Shown: piece by piece, positions 36,834 through 49,666 of the stretch
Layout of the letters: the number at the start of each line of letters is the position of its first letter
Position numbering within the stretch: the first letter of the stretch is position 1
Origin: Isurus oxyrinchus
Lineage: Eukaryota
NCBI GenBank assembly: GCA_026770705.1
Contig: JANJGN010000792.1
Span: 124,001-188,000, forward strand
Direction of reading: 5' to 3'
Length of the DNA: 64,000 nt
Translations under genes and position numbers: made by a program
Notes under the pieces: model-generated
The model's input: the letters and a program-made list of their open reading frames with translations, nothing else
Database searches by the model: none
Told to the model about the DNA's origin: nothing

Positions 36834-39800
36834 ATGATCCTGCCAACGATACTACAAGTAAAGCAAATTTACTACCCAATGCTAGCAGCCTTTTGTATTC
36901 CTGGTAAGTCATTGTTGCCTGGTATCTGCTGAGAATTTCACTGCTAGTGATTATGTGGCTGATTGTGGGAATGTCTCACTGCCCAGTCATATCGTACCGG
37001 GATGAATTGCTGAATATCAACGGGAAATATAGCTGTTCACAGGGCCTGGGGGCCGTGGTTCTGCTCAGCAGATTGTGGGCACCTGGAGTTTAATTTTCCT
37101 GCTCACCCTGAAAGAGAGGGGGTTTGAATTGCCGCCACTCCAACAGTTCATAGATCATTTAGCAATGTGTTGCTTAGTGTCTATATTAACAATCTCAGAT
37201 GTCCTGTTGCCCATTGTCGACATTACAGTGATAAGTCCAAGTACTGCAGCGTCCTCCACCCAACAGGGAACAAGAAGATATTTTGAGGAACAGGAAGTTG
37301 CTCCTCATTCCCCCCTCGCAAAGAATCTTTGCGGATCCATCTGTTCCTGTTTAGTTCATGACCGGGTCCTTCAGAGCGATTATAAAAAGTCAAAGGGTGC
37401 TGTGTTGAATTCAAATGGATAGTTGTTTTCTTCAGCTGAATATTTTATTTCAATTTATTGCTTCCTGTAATGGATTGGAAATTAAATTGAACACCGCTGG
37501 CACCTGATGTCCTTCCCGAGATTCCCATCACCAAATATTCAGGAGGAACCGTTTGTAAAATTCTCTTTAGTGTAACATGGAGCCTCAATGGCAATTTATC
37601 AAATTCACTCAGTGTTTCACATGGGAAGGCTTGATGACAGGCAGATTACATGTCAGGAAATCTGTTTATTATTTGACCTTTTAAATACAACAAGTTATAG
37701 AAATATCCCATTTTCCCCTTACGAAACTTTTTATCGGTAAGTGGACAGTCTCCATGAGGTACTCACGGGTGACCTGCACTGTACAGTTTAAATGCAAATT
37801 GAGCCTCAATCCAATGCCAGTGGCGATGGTCTTTGGAAGGGAATCAGGAGAGATGTTTGACGGACGGTTGATCAGATTTTGCCAGTTTTACACTATTAAC
37901 CGAAGTCAACATTAGCTCCAGTTGAGGCATCAATGCATCAGTGTCGGTGAGAGTAGGAGTCAGCTTGGGGCGACTCTCCGTTGCCATCCTGTGAACTGAA
38001 TTCGAGTGACCCTTCTCTCAGCACTATGAAACCATCAGACTGAAACTTACCGGGAGGACGACAGAGTCCCTGTTCCTGTACATAGTGTTACAGTACACTT
38101 GAGAATCAATTACCTGATGGAAAAGAAATTCTCATAGGACTCCGGTGGAAGGAAACAATGGACAAGATTTCACTTCTTTTAACATTTACTGTAAAAAAAT
38201 CAAACCATAGACAAAAATATATAATTAATTGATAACTGTATTCAGTAGAAAGCGTTTATTATTATTATAGTAGCTGATACAACAATGGTAAGCCTGATGG
38301 ATTTCTCGGCCAGTCCTCAGCACATATTTGGCTCTGTGTTCAGTCTCAATGTCTCTCACAACTCCACCTTGCTCCAACAGTGCTCAACTACTCTTCTTCC
38401 CGCAGGGTCTGATTCTCAATTGGCCTCCAACAGCCAATTGACTCCATCCAAGCTCCACGGGTATGATAATCATCAACGAGGCACACTTCTGTGTAGCATC
38501 TTTCACTCGGGTCACAACGCTCCTGATGGCAGAGTTTTCCCAGAGGGACTGTCACCGCACCATTCAATGGCTCTCTGGTACACAGTATGATCAGCTCTGG
38601 TTAAAAAGAAATAACTCCCAGCTCTTCAGCTTGCCTGGTTGGCTCACAGATTGTCTCAGATTACAGTCTTTTAAGATTGCTCCCATTCACAGATTCAGCG
38701 AGAGCGCCTGGGCCTGCATCGCCTCTGCTGAAAAGCAATTGAATTTTTTATACTCTGCTTTTTTTGACCACAGATGAAATCATATCTCCCAATCTGTTTA
38801 TACTTCGTAATTAGATACACAGGTTCATTTCTCAGAAGTCCGGTATCCAATTTGTAGATCCCACCGCCAGAAACCTGTTTCCGGTCGCTGCTTCAGCTAG
38901 GGGTCATCTAAAAATACTGCTCTTGAAAATGAGCACACGAGAGTGCATATTCGTTTATTTATTTTAGGAATTTCATGAACACTTTACAATATTATAAATC
39001 GATAGGTGTATATAACGCTAGGTAGAAATGCACAGTACTATCTCCTGTAATATTCTGTGAAATGTTTGTGAGCATTCATGTTACCTACTTTCTCTCCCCT
39101 TTTCCCACAGCAAACCTCATGACAATGGTGATTCTCTTCAGAGGAAATTGCGGCCTTTCAAAATGTTTTTATTTCTATGTGGTGTCCATGGCAATAGCTG
39201 ATTTACTGGTCATGCTCAATGATGTTCTCGTGTATAACATCCTTAGTAAGCATTTTCCACCTATAATCCTGTCCTATACACCCATTTGCAAGTTCATAAT
39301 GTACACAAATAATGTCAACCTGTATTTAACGGTGTGGTTTACAGTCTCCCTCACATTTGACCGATTTGTATCTATCTGTAGTCACCAATTTAAGGCAAGG
39401 TATTGCACAGTGTGAACTGCGGTGACAGTTCTAACAGCAATCTCTGTCCTCTCATGTTTACAGGTCATACCTTTTTGGTTTGCATTTGACCCTAAGCGAA
39501 TAGTTCACAATGTTCACTGGGGTTTCCAACCCAGCCTGGAATTTTATACATCTCCTATTGGTGTAACATTCACTTGGCTACAAAGTATTTTATTGACTTG
39601 GATTCCTTTCACTTTGATATTACTGTTTAATTGTTTGACGGTCAGACGAATTTAAGTAGCCAGTGGAGCCCGTAAGAAGCTCCGGGGTCACAGCAGCGTG
39701 AATCACAGTGATCCGGAAATGCAGAACCGAAGGAAATCGATTATATTACTGTTCACTGTATCGGGTAATTTTATACTGTTGTGGCTGACAGCAGTCGTTT

Positions 39801-40074
39801 GTTCGTTAGTCAGTGGTGCGGTCATTCATGTACGACCGGATTATACAGCTCCCGCATACATCGTCACTCAAACTGGACAAATGCTCATGTATTTGAGTTC
39901 CTGCACAAACGCGTTTATTTATGCACTACACAAACTAAATTCCGGGAAGAGCTGAAGCAGATAGTGAAATCTCCTTGGACAATTATTCTGATACTAATAA
40001 AGAAAATGCAAAATGAAAGTAAAACTCTTCCTATTCTGACCATAGTTAAATTTTCTCCAGTGTTCCCGGTTTGA
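36834..40074 (+). pseudogene. GPR139-like GPCR pseudogene (exon 1 36834-36903; exon 2 39111-40074)
   Basis: Exon 1 MILPTILQVKQIYYPMLAAFCIP-G|gtaagt; acceptor cccacag|ca gives ANLMTMVILFRGNCGLSKC...LTFDRF...RRKSIILLF...SCTNAFIY. In-frame stops at 39413-39415 and 39653-39655 and a frameshift near 39925. Confidence 0.9.
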
Positions 40075-40439
40075 TTGTGCACTTTCTGCTGCCACGACAA
40101 CATGTTGCTTTATTTAAATAATATCCGAAAACATTGACCACTTTGTGTCATGTGTTTCATGTTTGCTCATTTTGAACGTGGATTAGAATTGTTTCTTCCA
40201 ATTGAAGCGCGCTTGCTACTCATGGTACGTGGAGAACAGTCATCAACATGTTACAACAGTGGAGTAAACCCTCTCTGCATTGGCCTTAACTCCGGTGCAC
40301 GGCAGGAACTGCAATAAGAAGCTCCAGTTTAGTAAACAGCTAAGGTCCCAAAACTTCCAATGTCCACTGCAGTGAATTTAAGTTGCTGTTACACATCCCA
40401 AACTGCGTGGACGTCCTGACACGTTTTTGACAAAATTTT

Positions 40440-42180
40440 CTATCGACAACTAAGCCCTGAACCATCATAAATTGTTCCTCTGCGGAAGGAGAGCAGGGGT
40501 GTTTAGGGACCAGAAAGAGGATTGCAGGGACAGCAGGGCATGTGAGATAATAAATGAATGCTTTGCACCTGTTTTTACGAAGGAAGAATATGCTGGCTAG
40601 GCCATAGTGCAAAAGGAGGGAATAATGTCACTAAAAGGCTAAAAATTGATAAGGAGGAAGTATTGGATAGGTTAGCTGCACCGAAAGTCGTCAAATGAGG
40701 GAAGCGAGAGTAAATATTGAAGAGGCACTGGCTATAAAGTTTCGGTCTTATATAGATTCAAGGATCGTCCTAGCGAATGGAAAGTTGCAAACAATGCACC
40801 CTTATTCAAAGAAGCGTCAAGGGATTAAGTGACAGATTTGTCAGTTTAAATTCGCTGATCAGAAACTTCTAGAAAGTACAATTAGCGACAGGATTAATAG
40901 AGGTGGACATATGCGAGTTAATTAAGGAAACCATCATAGAATTCTGAATGGGAAATCATAGCTAACTAACTTACTTTTAAAAAAGTAACACAAAGGAACG
41001 ATAAAGGCAAAACTGTTGGTGTACATGGACTCCCGAACACATTTGATACAGTACCACACAACAGTCAAGTGAGGAAAAACATGTAGCTAATGGAATAAAT
41101 CGGACAGTAGCAACATGTTTACAAAACTGGCTGAGTGACAGGAGGCAGATAGTAATGCTTTATGCATATCTTTCAAGCTGGAGGATGGCTTGTGTTGGAA
41201 TTCCCCAGACGTCCGCATGGCACCCTTGCTTTCGCCTGAAAAATATTAATGATCTATACTTTAGTGCACAGGGAACAATTTCAAAATTTTCGGATGATAC
41301 AAAACTTGAAAGCCTTGTACACTGTGGGGAGTGCAGTTTAGAGCTGCAAAAGGACATATACAAGGTGTTGGAATTGGTTTATAAGTGGCAGATGAATTCA
41401 ACGTAGCAAAATGTGAGCCGGTACACTTTGGTAAAAAGACCATATAAGGTAAGGCTTACAAGTGCAAGGGAGGTTCTGGAGCAGTGGGATATAGGTGTAT
41501 GTGTGTATATATAGTTGAACTTGGCAGGATAAGTTGAGAGGGCAATTAATAAAGTTTAAAGTTTCTTTGCCATTTTTAATAAGAACACAGAGTACAAAAC
41601 CAAGGAGGTTATGTTGAGCTGTATTTTGACCTCAACTAGAGTTCTGCGGTCAGTTCTGGGCTCACATTTTAGGAAGGATTTATGTCATTGGAGAGAGAGA
41701 GCAGTAGAGGTTTAAAGGAATAAGGTGTTGGATTCATTACTTATGAAGAGAGGTAGGAGAAATTGGAACACTTTTCTTTGGATAAAAGAAGCTGGGAGGA
41801 GCTTTGATAGAAGTATCCAAAACCCTGAGGAGACTGGAGAGGGAGGTTAGGGATAAAGTGTCCCACTTGGTGGAAGGAATATAATAAAAAAGATCACAGA
41901 TTTATGCTAATTGGCAAAACAAAACAAAAGTAATATGAAAAAAATAACTTTTTAACCAGTGAGTGGATGGGTCTGGAATGGACTTCATGAAGGTGGAGGC
42001 AGGTTCAATCGATGCATTCAAGAGGGAATTGGGTGCTTCCTTCGAAAATAAATAATTTCACTGTTACGAGGAGAAGGCAGGAGAATGGCATTAGATAAAG
42101 TGCTCATTCACAAAGCCGTTGCAGACATGATGAGTCGAATGGCCTAATTTTTGCACTGTAACAATTCTGTGATTCTCTCT
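40440..42180 (+). mobile_element. CR1 LINE 3' part, degenerate
   Basis: QGTISKFSDDTKL..LQKDIYKVLELVYKWQMN; tail gcactgtaacaattctgtgattct. Confidence 0.85.
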
Positions 42181-42209
42181 CTACACCGCAAAACATGTGA
42201 ATATGCGAG

Positions 42210-43290
42210 GCAGAATCTGGTATCGCCCTGCAGCACTGCACATCTACCAAAACGCTCATCTCTGCCTCAATCTTCTATAAACCAATACAAATTCTCAGGC
42301 CAGTCATCATCATACTCAACGTCGGTCCTCTCCATTCCACACGTTGCCTAAAAAGACTTGATTGTTGAGCTTTGGACAATATATTGGGAATCACAACAAG
42401 CAACTTTTGATCATTCCCCATGAATTTCTAGGGGCCAATCGTCTCCACTGCCATTCGAGGCCCACCTTTGCTCAGATTCCAAAATTGGCTAAAAGAGCAA
42501 CCACCTTCATTCTGCCTATCAGCAACTCTTGTAATTGCACAGATGCCAGCACCTACGTTCAGTCGATCTCGAAATTCAGCAATCGTGGAGGCCTCCATAC
42601 TTTTAATCAATGCAGAAGCGTCTGCATTTGAACTGAAAATGGTCGGAAATGAATGAATTCCCGCCTTCTTTTTAGGAAGGTCGCCATTTGTTCTAAGAGA
42701 GTCTCCTCCGTGAAATGGAAACCCCGTCAGTTCTAGAAATATGTGAAATTTGGGTACAGTCTCGTAATTTTAATAGAAACACAGACTCGGAACATCTAGG
42801 GCAAACTTTGTCGATCTCTGATAACACCTATTAAACTCTAGAAAATACTCGTCCATGGACTGATGGTCTGTCATCGCAAATTTATCAGACGTTGACCACG
42901 CTACGTAGTCTTCTAACAAATCACCTTCAATATAAAACCTAACCACCAATTGTCACAGAAGACTTAGTCCCTCCTTAATGTCCAACCAGTTCCAAAAATA
43001 ATTGACTCCTAATCTTATTGCTTCCTGCTGCTGCCGAATTCAAAGCGGTGCCCTTCTTCCTCTTGGAAAACGTGGTAACTCGACTGCTCATTTCCACCTC
43101 ATTTTCCGTTGCTTCTACCGTTCAAATAACCGAAAAATCAGTTGCAATCAAAGGTTGAAAAGTCGCTTCTGGCTTCAGCCATTTTTCAGCAGAGATTTCC
43201 TGGAGCAATACGTTTGTCAAAAATAGATACAAAGAATGCTTATTCAGCTTACAGCCACTATAGCTCGACGCTCATTCTCTGGAACCATGG
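42210..43290 (-). mobile_element. Relic LTR retrotransposon gag-protease region, Copia (GalEa-like)
   Basis: Broken minus-strand frames give KNEVEM..RVTTF..RKKG, DLLEDYVAWS..DKF..TDHQSMDEYFLEFNR, PRNSWGMI and RCAVL; a PBS-like ca|tggttccagagaatg (43273-43287) matches the tRNA-iMet complement TGGTAGCAGAGGATG at 12/15. Confidence 0.55.
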
Positions 43291-44019
43291 TGCGATTTGA
43301 TACTCATTCCCTGAATAAAGGAAGAATATGGAGACAGTCGTTCTTAACATTGGTTTAGTCACAAAACCCAGAGAACACAGGCACAAAGTTAATTTTCCTT
43401 CCATCCACATGGGTGGAAACCAATTATTTTATATGCTTAATAATATTGCACCACCATTTCTCCCAACTAATAAAAGAACCTTATAACTAGAGCATGCGCT
43501 TCAAGTGACAGGATTAGAACATTAAGTATGATAACCGTACGTACTTCAGAATTGGTGTGCGGTCAAAGACAGGAGGGTGTGACTACAAGTGAGGCAAGTA
43601 ACTGGATCCAGCAAGTAGCATTGGACGAGCCTCAGCCCTTGTGCTTGTCCAACAGGAATTAATTGCTTGCAGCTTACATAAAAGACAGCAGTGACTACAC
43701 CGTGGATGAATGCACACCTAAAGGGTCTCATTCCACGAGGCAGAGTAAAAGAATTGAAATTAGCTGTAGAAGAGGACAGCATAGTCAGGCATATAGATAC
43801 TAATCTTTGCAGCATGAGCTAAGAGCTGAAAGTCCTGCTGCCCGCAAAATGTCCGTTTTAAGGCTGGAGATGAACCTGGAATGGGAGGGGGAGGATACAA
43901 TTGTTTTGATCCATGTGATATATCCCTTTGTGGCTCAACATTAACTTTGCTTTATTTTTAATGTTAACTCTCTTGTTAAGAGGCTTGGAACTTTCCAGCC
44001 ATTGTGCCCTGGGCAGCCA

Positions 44020-44091
44020 GTGATGGGGGTATAGTGGTAAGCATAGCTCCCTTCTAATTAATTGACCCGGGGTCGGTTCTCCGCCGCCGCA
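44020..44091 (+). pseudogene. tRNA-Gly(TCC family) pseudogene
   Basis: ggtatagtggtaagcatagct...ttgacccggggtcggttc...cgca, 72 nt; anticodon mutated to TCT, stems broken. Confidence 0.75.
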
Positions 44092-44734
44092 GTCTGTTCA
44101 TTTCTAAACCCCTGAGATATGAAGTTCGCAGCTAAATTTCATCTGATTTGGTGAAACTTCCAAAAATACGAGCTGGTTTATTTTTTATAAAAAACATATT
44201 TCCAACCTCCACGTCTCATCCATTTAAAATGTAGCTTAGGTTTATTCCTTGTTGCTGATAATGAAAGGTTTTCTTGCACTGTGGTATGGAGCCAGGATAG
44301 AATGAATACGATTTAGTAAAATTCGCTGATTATATGAATTTTTCTCCTCTGTTGTTTCCCATTTCTTATTTGAATATGGATTCCTGCACAGGGATTCTTT
44401 TACTGTTCAAAAAACGAGACACTGCTCAATTTGGGAATCTGAAATAATGACTGTATTTGCTGAAATACTCATCTGTGCTCCGACAGTATCTGTGGAGAGA
44501 GGAAAGGAGGATTCACACTTCAGGTCGAATGAAGTTTTAACGAATAGACCTGATATCGGAACGTCGAAATTGCCAGAGCTACTAAGTTCTTCCAGTTCTT
44601 TTTTTCCATCTGAATCATGGAATATCAACAACACAGAAAGAGGCCATTCGGGCTGTCCATTCTGTGCTGGCCCTCTGAAAGAGCAATTCACCGAATGCTA
44701 CTCTCTGTAATCCTGCAATGTTTCACTGTTCATC

Positions 44735-44940
44735 CGAGTGTGGATTGATTCTATCAATATCAGACTCTGGCACTATCTGTGATTGTGGAATTGATTCTGA
44801 TGCTACCTGCGATTGTGGGATTCGTTCTATCAATGTCAGTCTCTGGCACTATCTGTGATTGTGGGATTAGTTGTGTAAATATCAGTCTCACTTACTACCT
44901 GTGAGTGTGGTATTGATTCTGTATTTGTCAGTCTCTGACT
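44735..44940. repeat. ~46-bp minisatellite, short array
   Basis: Units like tgtggattgattctatcaatatcagactctggcactatctgtga. Confidence 0.75.
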
Positions 44941-47900
44941 CACGAACAATCAGCGTTCGGGTTGCACTAAGTAACTCATGTGCAGTTTTCTGCTGTAAAT
45001 CAGCAACTAGAATCAACTTTTTCTGCAATTCACTTAGATCGTTATCTGAGCCAAAGGATTGGGATTGGGAAACGTTCACAGATCATTGAAAAGTGAGGGG
45101 CTTGAAGCTTTACCAACTCCAGTTTGGCATCATTCCCTGCAGGGGATTAGTTGTTCACGAGCCCATCTTCACAAAGCAATCCTGCAGAAACATGGGAAGA
45201 ATGAGGGAGGTAGTGATTTGCTGGGACCATGCAATAGTTAATATCTGACAGGGAGACCCCAGATTCATTTAATCGAAGTGAAACACTCCGTGACTGAGAG
45301 CAATACCTAGCAACCCTGTCCTGCAAGACTGCAGAGATTACAACAGGGGAAATGGGCAATAATATGAGGCTTTGGATCACTCTCTGGCACTGGCCCTGAG
45401 TGTGTGATTAATAATGTATTTTTCTCCAGTAAAATATCAGTGAGAAATGAGACAGCATCTTCTACCATTCCAATTGTACCTTCGTAAAACTGGATTGAAC
45501 AATGTATTCTGCAATCGATACTTTGCCTGACTGTCTGTGTCTCATTGCCTGAACTCACCCTGACTTTATCTTTTACTCCGCCCTCTCTCACTTTTCTCCC
45601 TTGCCCTATAATACAACGTGGGATACGCTTACTGAAGGGCCAGAGCTCAACATTTGTATTTCCATATTAATTAAACATATTGCTGCTTTTGAATCATCTA
45701 ATAATGTAAAATTAGACCTGTCTTAATCCAGCCAGAGCTATGATGCGTTTCAGCCCTGAATCTGGGGACACCGTGAGCAGAGCTGCAAAACTATAAATAA
45801 CCCTGGAGAATACATAGCAGAGGCCGAGCGGAGTGGGAAGCCTATCCCTGGAACTGTCAGTCTGAGGAAGGTTTGTCCTGTGAATGTGCAACTGTGACCA
45901 TTATGCAAGGGAGAGTGTGTGAAAGGGATTGGCGGGTTTAAATGATGTCCCTGTGTTTCTGTGTCTGCTCTCAGTGCCTGATTTCTGTGCCCCTCTTGTG
46001 TGAAGCAAAATTATTTCCCTGCCATAGGATCACTCTGCTGCCAGCTCTGAAGTGAGAATAAAACGGGAAGATTGAGTTGATTTTGAGATTTCAGTCGAAA
46101 AGAAGAGAGCGTGTCAGCGAATGGATGAGACAGCGTGACCAGTGCAGAAGTGAAAGAGGTTTAAAACGAAACTGAGGCTTTTTCAGTGAATGAAGCCGTT
46201 TTCAAGAACAACCATTTTGGCACTCTGGAGTTTCCGAATTGCAATGGCTTTGGACAGTTTAACAGCAGAAAGGAACAAAATATTTAATGCATTAGGACAC
46301 ACAGTTCCCTCTAACTCCGAGCTCTGCAATCTCTCACCGTTTATAATATGTGCCTCTTTTTTGTTTGTCCTGCCAAAATGGTCGAACTCACATTTTCCTA
46401 CTTTACACCCCATTTGCCATCTCTAATCACGTAACCTATCTATATCCTTCCATCCCCTTTACAACTAACTTTCCTACCTCCATTTGTTTGATCCTTACTT
46501 CCCCATCTACTTTGACGGTTGTTCAAGTCTCATGTGTCGCTTTTAGAAATGTTTCTGCTCAAGGATTGTTGTGAATGGGGAATTATGCCTGCCTGGTAAA
46601 GTTTGAAAGTAATAGCAGAGTGAATCACAATCAAGGAAGTATTTTGAAATATAAGCATTTCAACAAGGTCCATTCTACTGCTGTCTCCCCGCATCCCTGC
46701 GCATTGATGGTTTTCCAACCATCATCTCATCGCCTCTTGCACCTGGACAGGCAGTGGGAATGCAGCCTATATCTTGGAAGGTGGGTAATGGAGGGGTGGC
46801 CTTTGCTCCTCCCAGCCGCACAAAGGTGGACACATTAAAAATCCATTGTGAGGTCCCGAGGCCACTCCCTCAGTACCTGCTGCTCCCAGGTGTATTTCCA
46901 TTTCCTGTGCTGGTGCATGCCACGTTACTGCTTCTGATCGGTAAGTGGAACAGCGCCATATGGATCAGGAGTGAGTGGGGTCGAGAATGCGAGAGATTGG
47001 GGCCTATAATGGAGTTTCTGGGGAAGGGGTGGGCAGGCTAGCATGGAAATGGGGAGGGGGGAGTGAGGCCAGCACGAATATAGGAGGTGGGAAGATGGAA
47101 GCTAGGCTAGCATGGAGTTGGCCTCAGAGGGTCCGGCGGTGGGGGTGGGGGGGTGGGTTTGTGGGGGCAGGGGTGAGCAGTGAGGGGGTGGGGGGAAGAA
47201 TTGGCTCGAGGCAAACATCGTGTTTTTCTTCGGATTTTCTTTGAAATAAATGGTCCATTAACTTGATACTTCAAGGTAAGATAATTCTCTGCTTTTAACT
47301 TGGAACGTGATCTTTAAGGAGGTGGGGTACATGGCTACTGTAATTTGGAACCTCATCCACACGATGAGGCCACTGGCAATGCAGCACTCGGCCCTGTGCT
47401 GAGTCAGCCTGCATGGTGCAACCTGGGCTAGAACTTGGACTCTCTGCTTTCTCGATGCAGGGCAAAAAAAAAATGACCACAGGCCAGTCCTCATCACAAA
47501 GGGACCTGCAATATCTCCAGCACATTCGGGAGATGTTCCTCGCTACATATTTTAATCTCAACTGTAGGAGCCTCTTCAAATGCTGCTCGATATTTGTTCA
47601 AACATTATCATAGTTTGCAACATTTCTCCGTATTATCTCCGGACATAGAGAGATGTTTTCTTCAACTACGTTTATAGTGGACAGACTGTTTCCCAGTCAA
47701 GAGTAGACAGACTGTTTTTACCTGCTTGAAGTCTAATAATTATATCCAGCTAAAAATGGCCTAGAAACATTTACAATCCAATCGAGGTCACAAAATATGG
47801 TACAGCCACCCAAATTCTTCTCATTAAGTGTTCCCAAATGTTTTTGCTTCCCGCCACTAATTTTCAGTCCTTTCTGTCATTGACAATTCTCACTCCATCA

Positions 47901-47946
47901 GTTGCTTCTTACCACACTTCTCCGCTTTTATTATCATCTGTTACAG

Positions 47947-49666
47947 CCATATCAGCACCTCTCAAATGGATTTCAGTGACCTTATTGCTGCCGAGAGTTC
48001 GGCGCTCCAAGCAGAGCGAGCCACAGCGAGCCGAAAGTTATGTCTGGTTTTCTGGATCGCGGAGCTGCTGACCAGGATTGAGCCGCTGTCTGCCATGAGT
48101 GAGCAGAAGGATAGAGAGGAAGGTTGGATGGGCTTGGTCAAATGGAAGGGCAGAGGGAAGTTCTTCGGGAAAACTTTGAAAGTAAGTGGTAGGATTTTTA
48201 TTTTCTTCTGTTATAGCACATAGAAGTTGAACTGGAGCCCATTTGACAGGGTGAAACTAAACAAATAAATAGGCCTGGGAACATGCCAAACAAGTTAGAA
48301 TGTAAAACTGAGCAGAAAAATGTTTAAAACTCAGCCTGCACAATTGTTTCTTCAATACTTCCGTTTATGCGAGTGTCTACAGGACAAACCTGATCATTTC
48401 TTAATGAACTAAGGCACATGATTTATGCTCTTGTCTGCACAGCGCAGCCCAAGGCAGTGACCATTGCACTGTTAAAGATTCAGATACTAATATCTGCGAT
48501 AAGCATGATGTAAAGAAACTTTTAGTCAATCGTATTCATTGTGAGGTGACTGATTTCTGGGACATTGCAATATTAATTTTGCAGATTTATGGAAGGAGCT
48601 GTTGACCTGCAGCTGGACACTGCTGCTGACTGTGCTACAGGAGCGAGCGCACAGCAGGCGAAGAATGTGATGACCAAGGGCAGTGTGCAGCCCCCTGCCA
48701 CTGGACTCCATGGCACTGGGAGTGGCCCTCCACAGGGAAAGGGAAAACAGTGTTATTCACCCGGGCCTGGGTTGGAGACTAGCCGAATGTTGTGTGCAGG
48801 AATAATTGCCAAGTTGGAGGACGAGGAGCAGGAGGAACCACCCACAGCTGGAAACGTGTCAACCCCCACCAATGGAACCGAGCAATGATCAGCATTGATG
48901 ATAACGGGCACTGCACACAGTGTCAGTGGAAAGGAGCTGAGTGAGCCAGCCAGAGGGAAGAAGGAAAGGCAGCATCAGGCTGAGGCTCAACGTTACCCTC
49001 AGTCAGAATGAAAACAGCCACATCAGGCCAATGAGGCACAGAGCCGCTCACCAGCTGCATTCGCAGCCAAAAGAGGCTGAGCTTCACAACCAAACATACA
49101 TGGGTGCTAAATGGACAAGGACTGCCCAGCATCACAGATCCAACACCATTTTACCCAACTCCATACATAACAGAGGTCAGACTCCGAGGTGTGGCAGATG
49201 GACAATCGCACTTGACCCTACGAGAGACTTTGGGTGAAATGGAAACCCTGAGGCAGGAGAATGGTAACCTGCATACAGAGAACGAGAGGCGCGGGCTCAA
49301 TTGAGCAGTTGGGTAAGGACACTGCACTACAGTGTGTGATTGCTGCACATTATGATGTATTGTTTCAGGGACCTGAAAACGGTGAACTGTGAACTTGGAA
49401 CTGACCATACCTAACCCTGGTAGAGATGTGCAATTGGATGTCATGCAACGAATGTGTATCAATCCTGCCCCTTTTTAACCATCCCCACCCCTTAACTGCT
49501 GAATTTATAGCCATTAGATCTTTCTGGGTAGAAATATAGAGCAATGTGTGACTTTACTCTTTCCATTGAAGATGTGAATCCTGGAAATCTGCAGTTCATG
49601 TGGCACAATGTTGATCTCTTGAAGGGTAATGGTGGCTTCGACAGCAGGCCTGAAGTTGAAAAGGGG
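47947..49666 (+). pseudogene. BEN-domain gene copy B (exon a 47947-48188, open from ATG 47966; exon b 48585-49666)
   Basis: ttacag|cc acceptor; MDFSDLIAA..RKLCLVFWIAELLTRIEPLSAMSEQKDREEGWMGLVKWKGRGKFFGKTLKVS-G|gtagg; ttgcag|at acceptor; coiled coil LRETLGEMETLRQENGNLHTENER; exon b donor mutated. Confidence 0.7.

Noticed and set aside
37100-38950. Possible Gypsy-like gag/pol relic on the minus strand in the GPCR pseudogene intron
   Set aside because: Too degenerate; no catalytic motif or LTR could be fixed by eye.
44020-44091. tRNA-Arg(TCT) anticodon switch
   Set aside because: Body is tRNA-Gly with broken stems; TCT is best read as decay of TCC.
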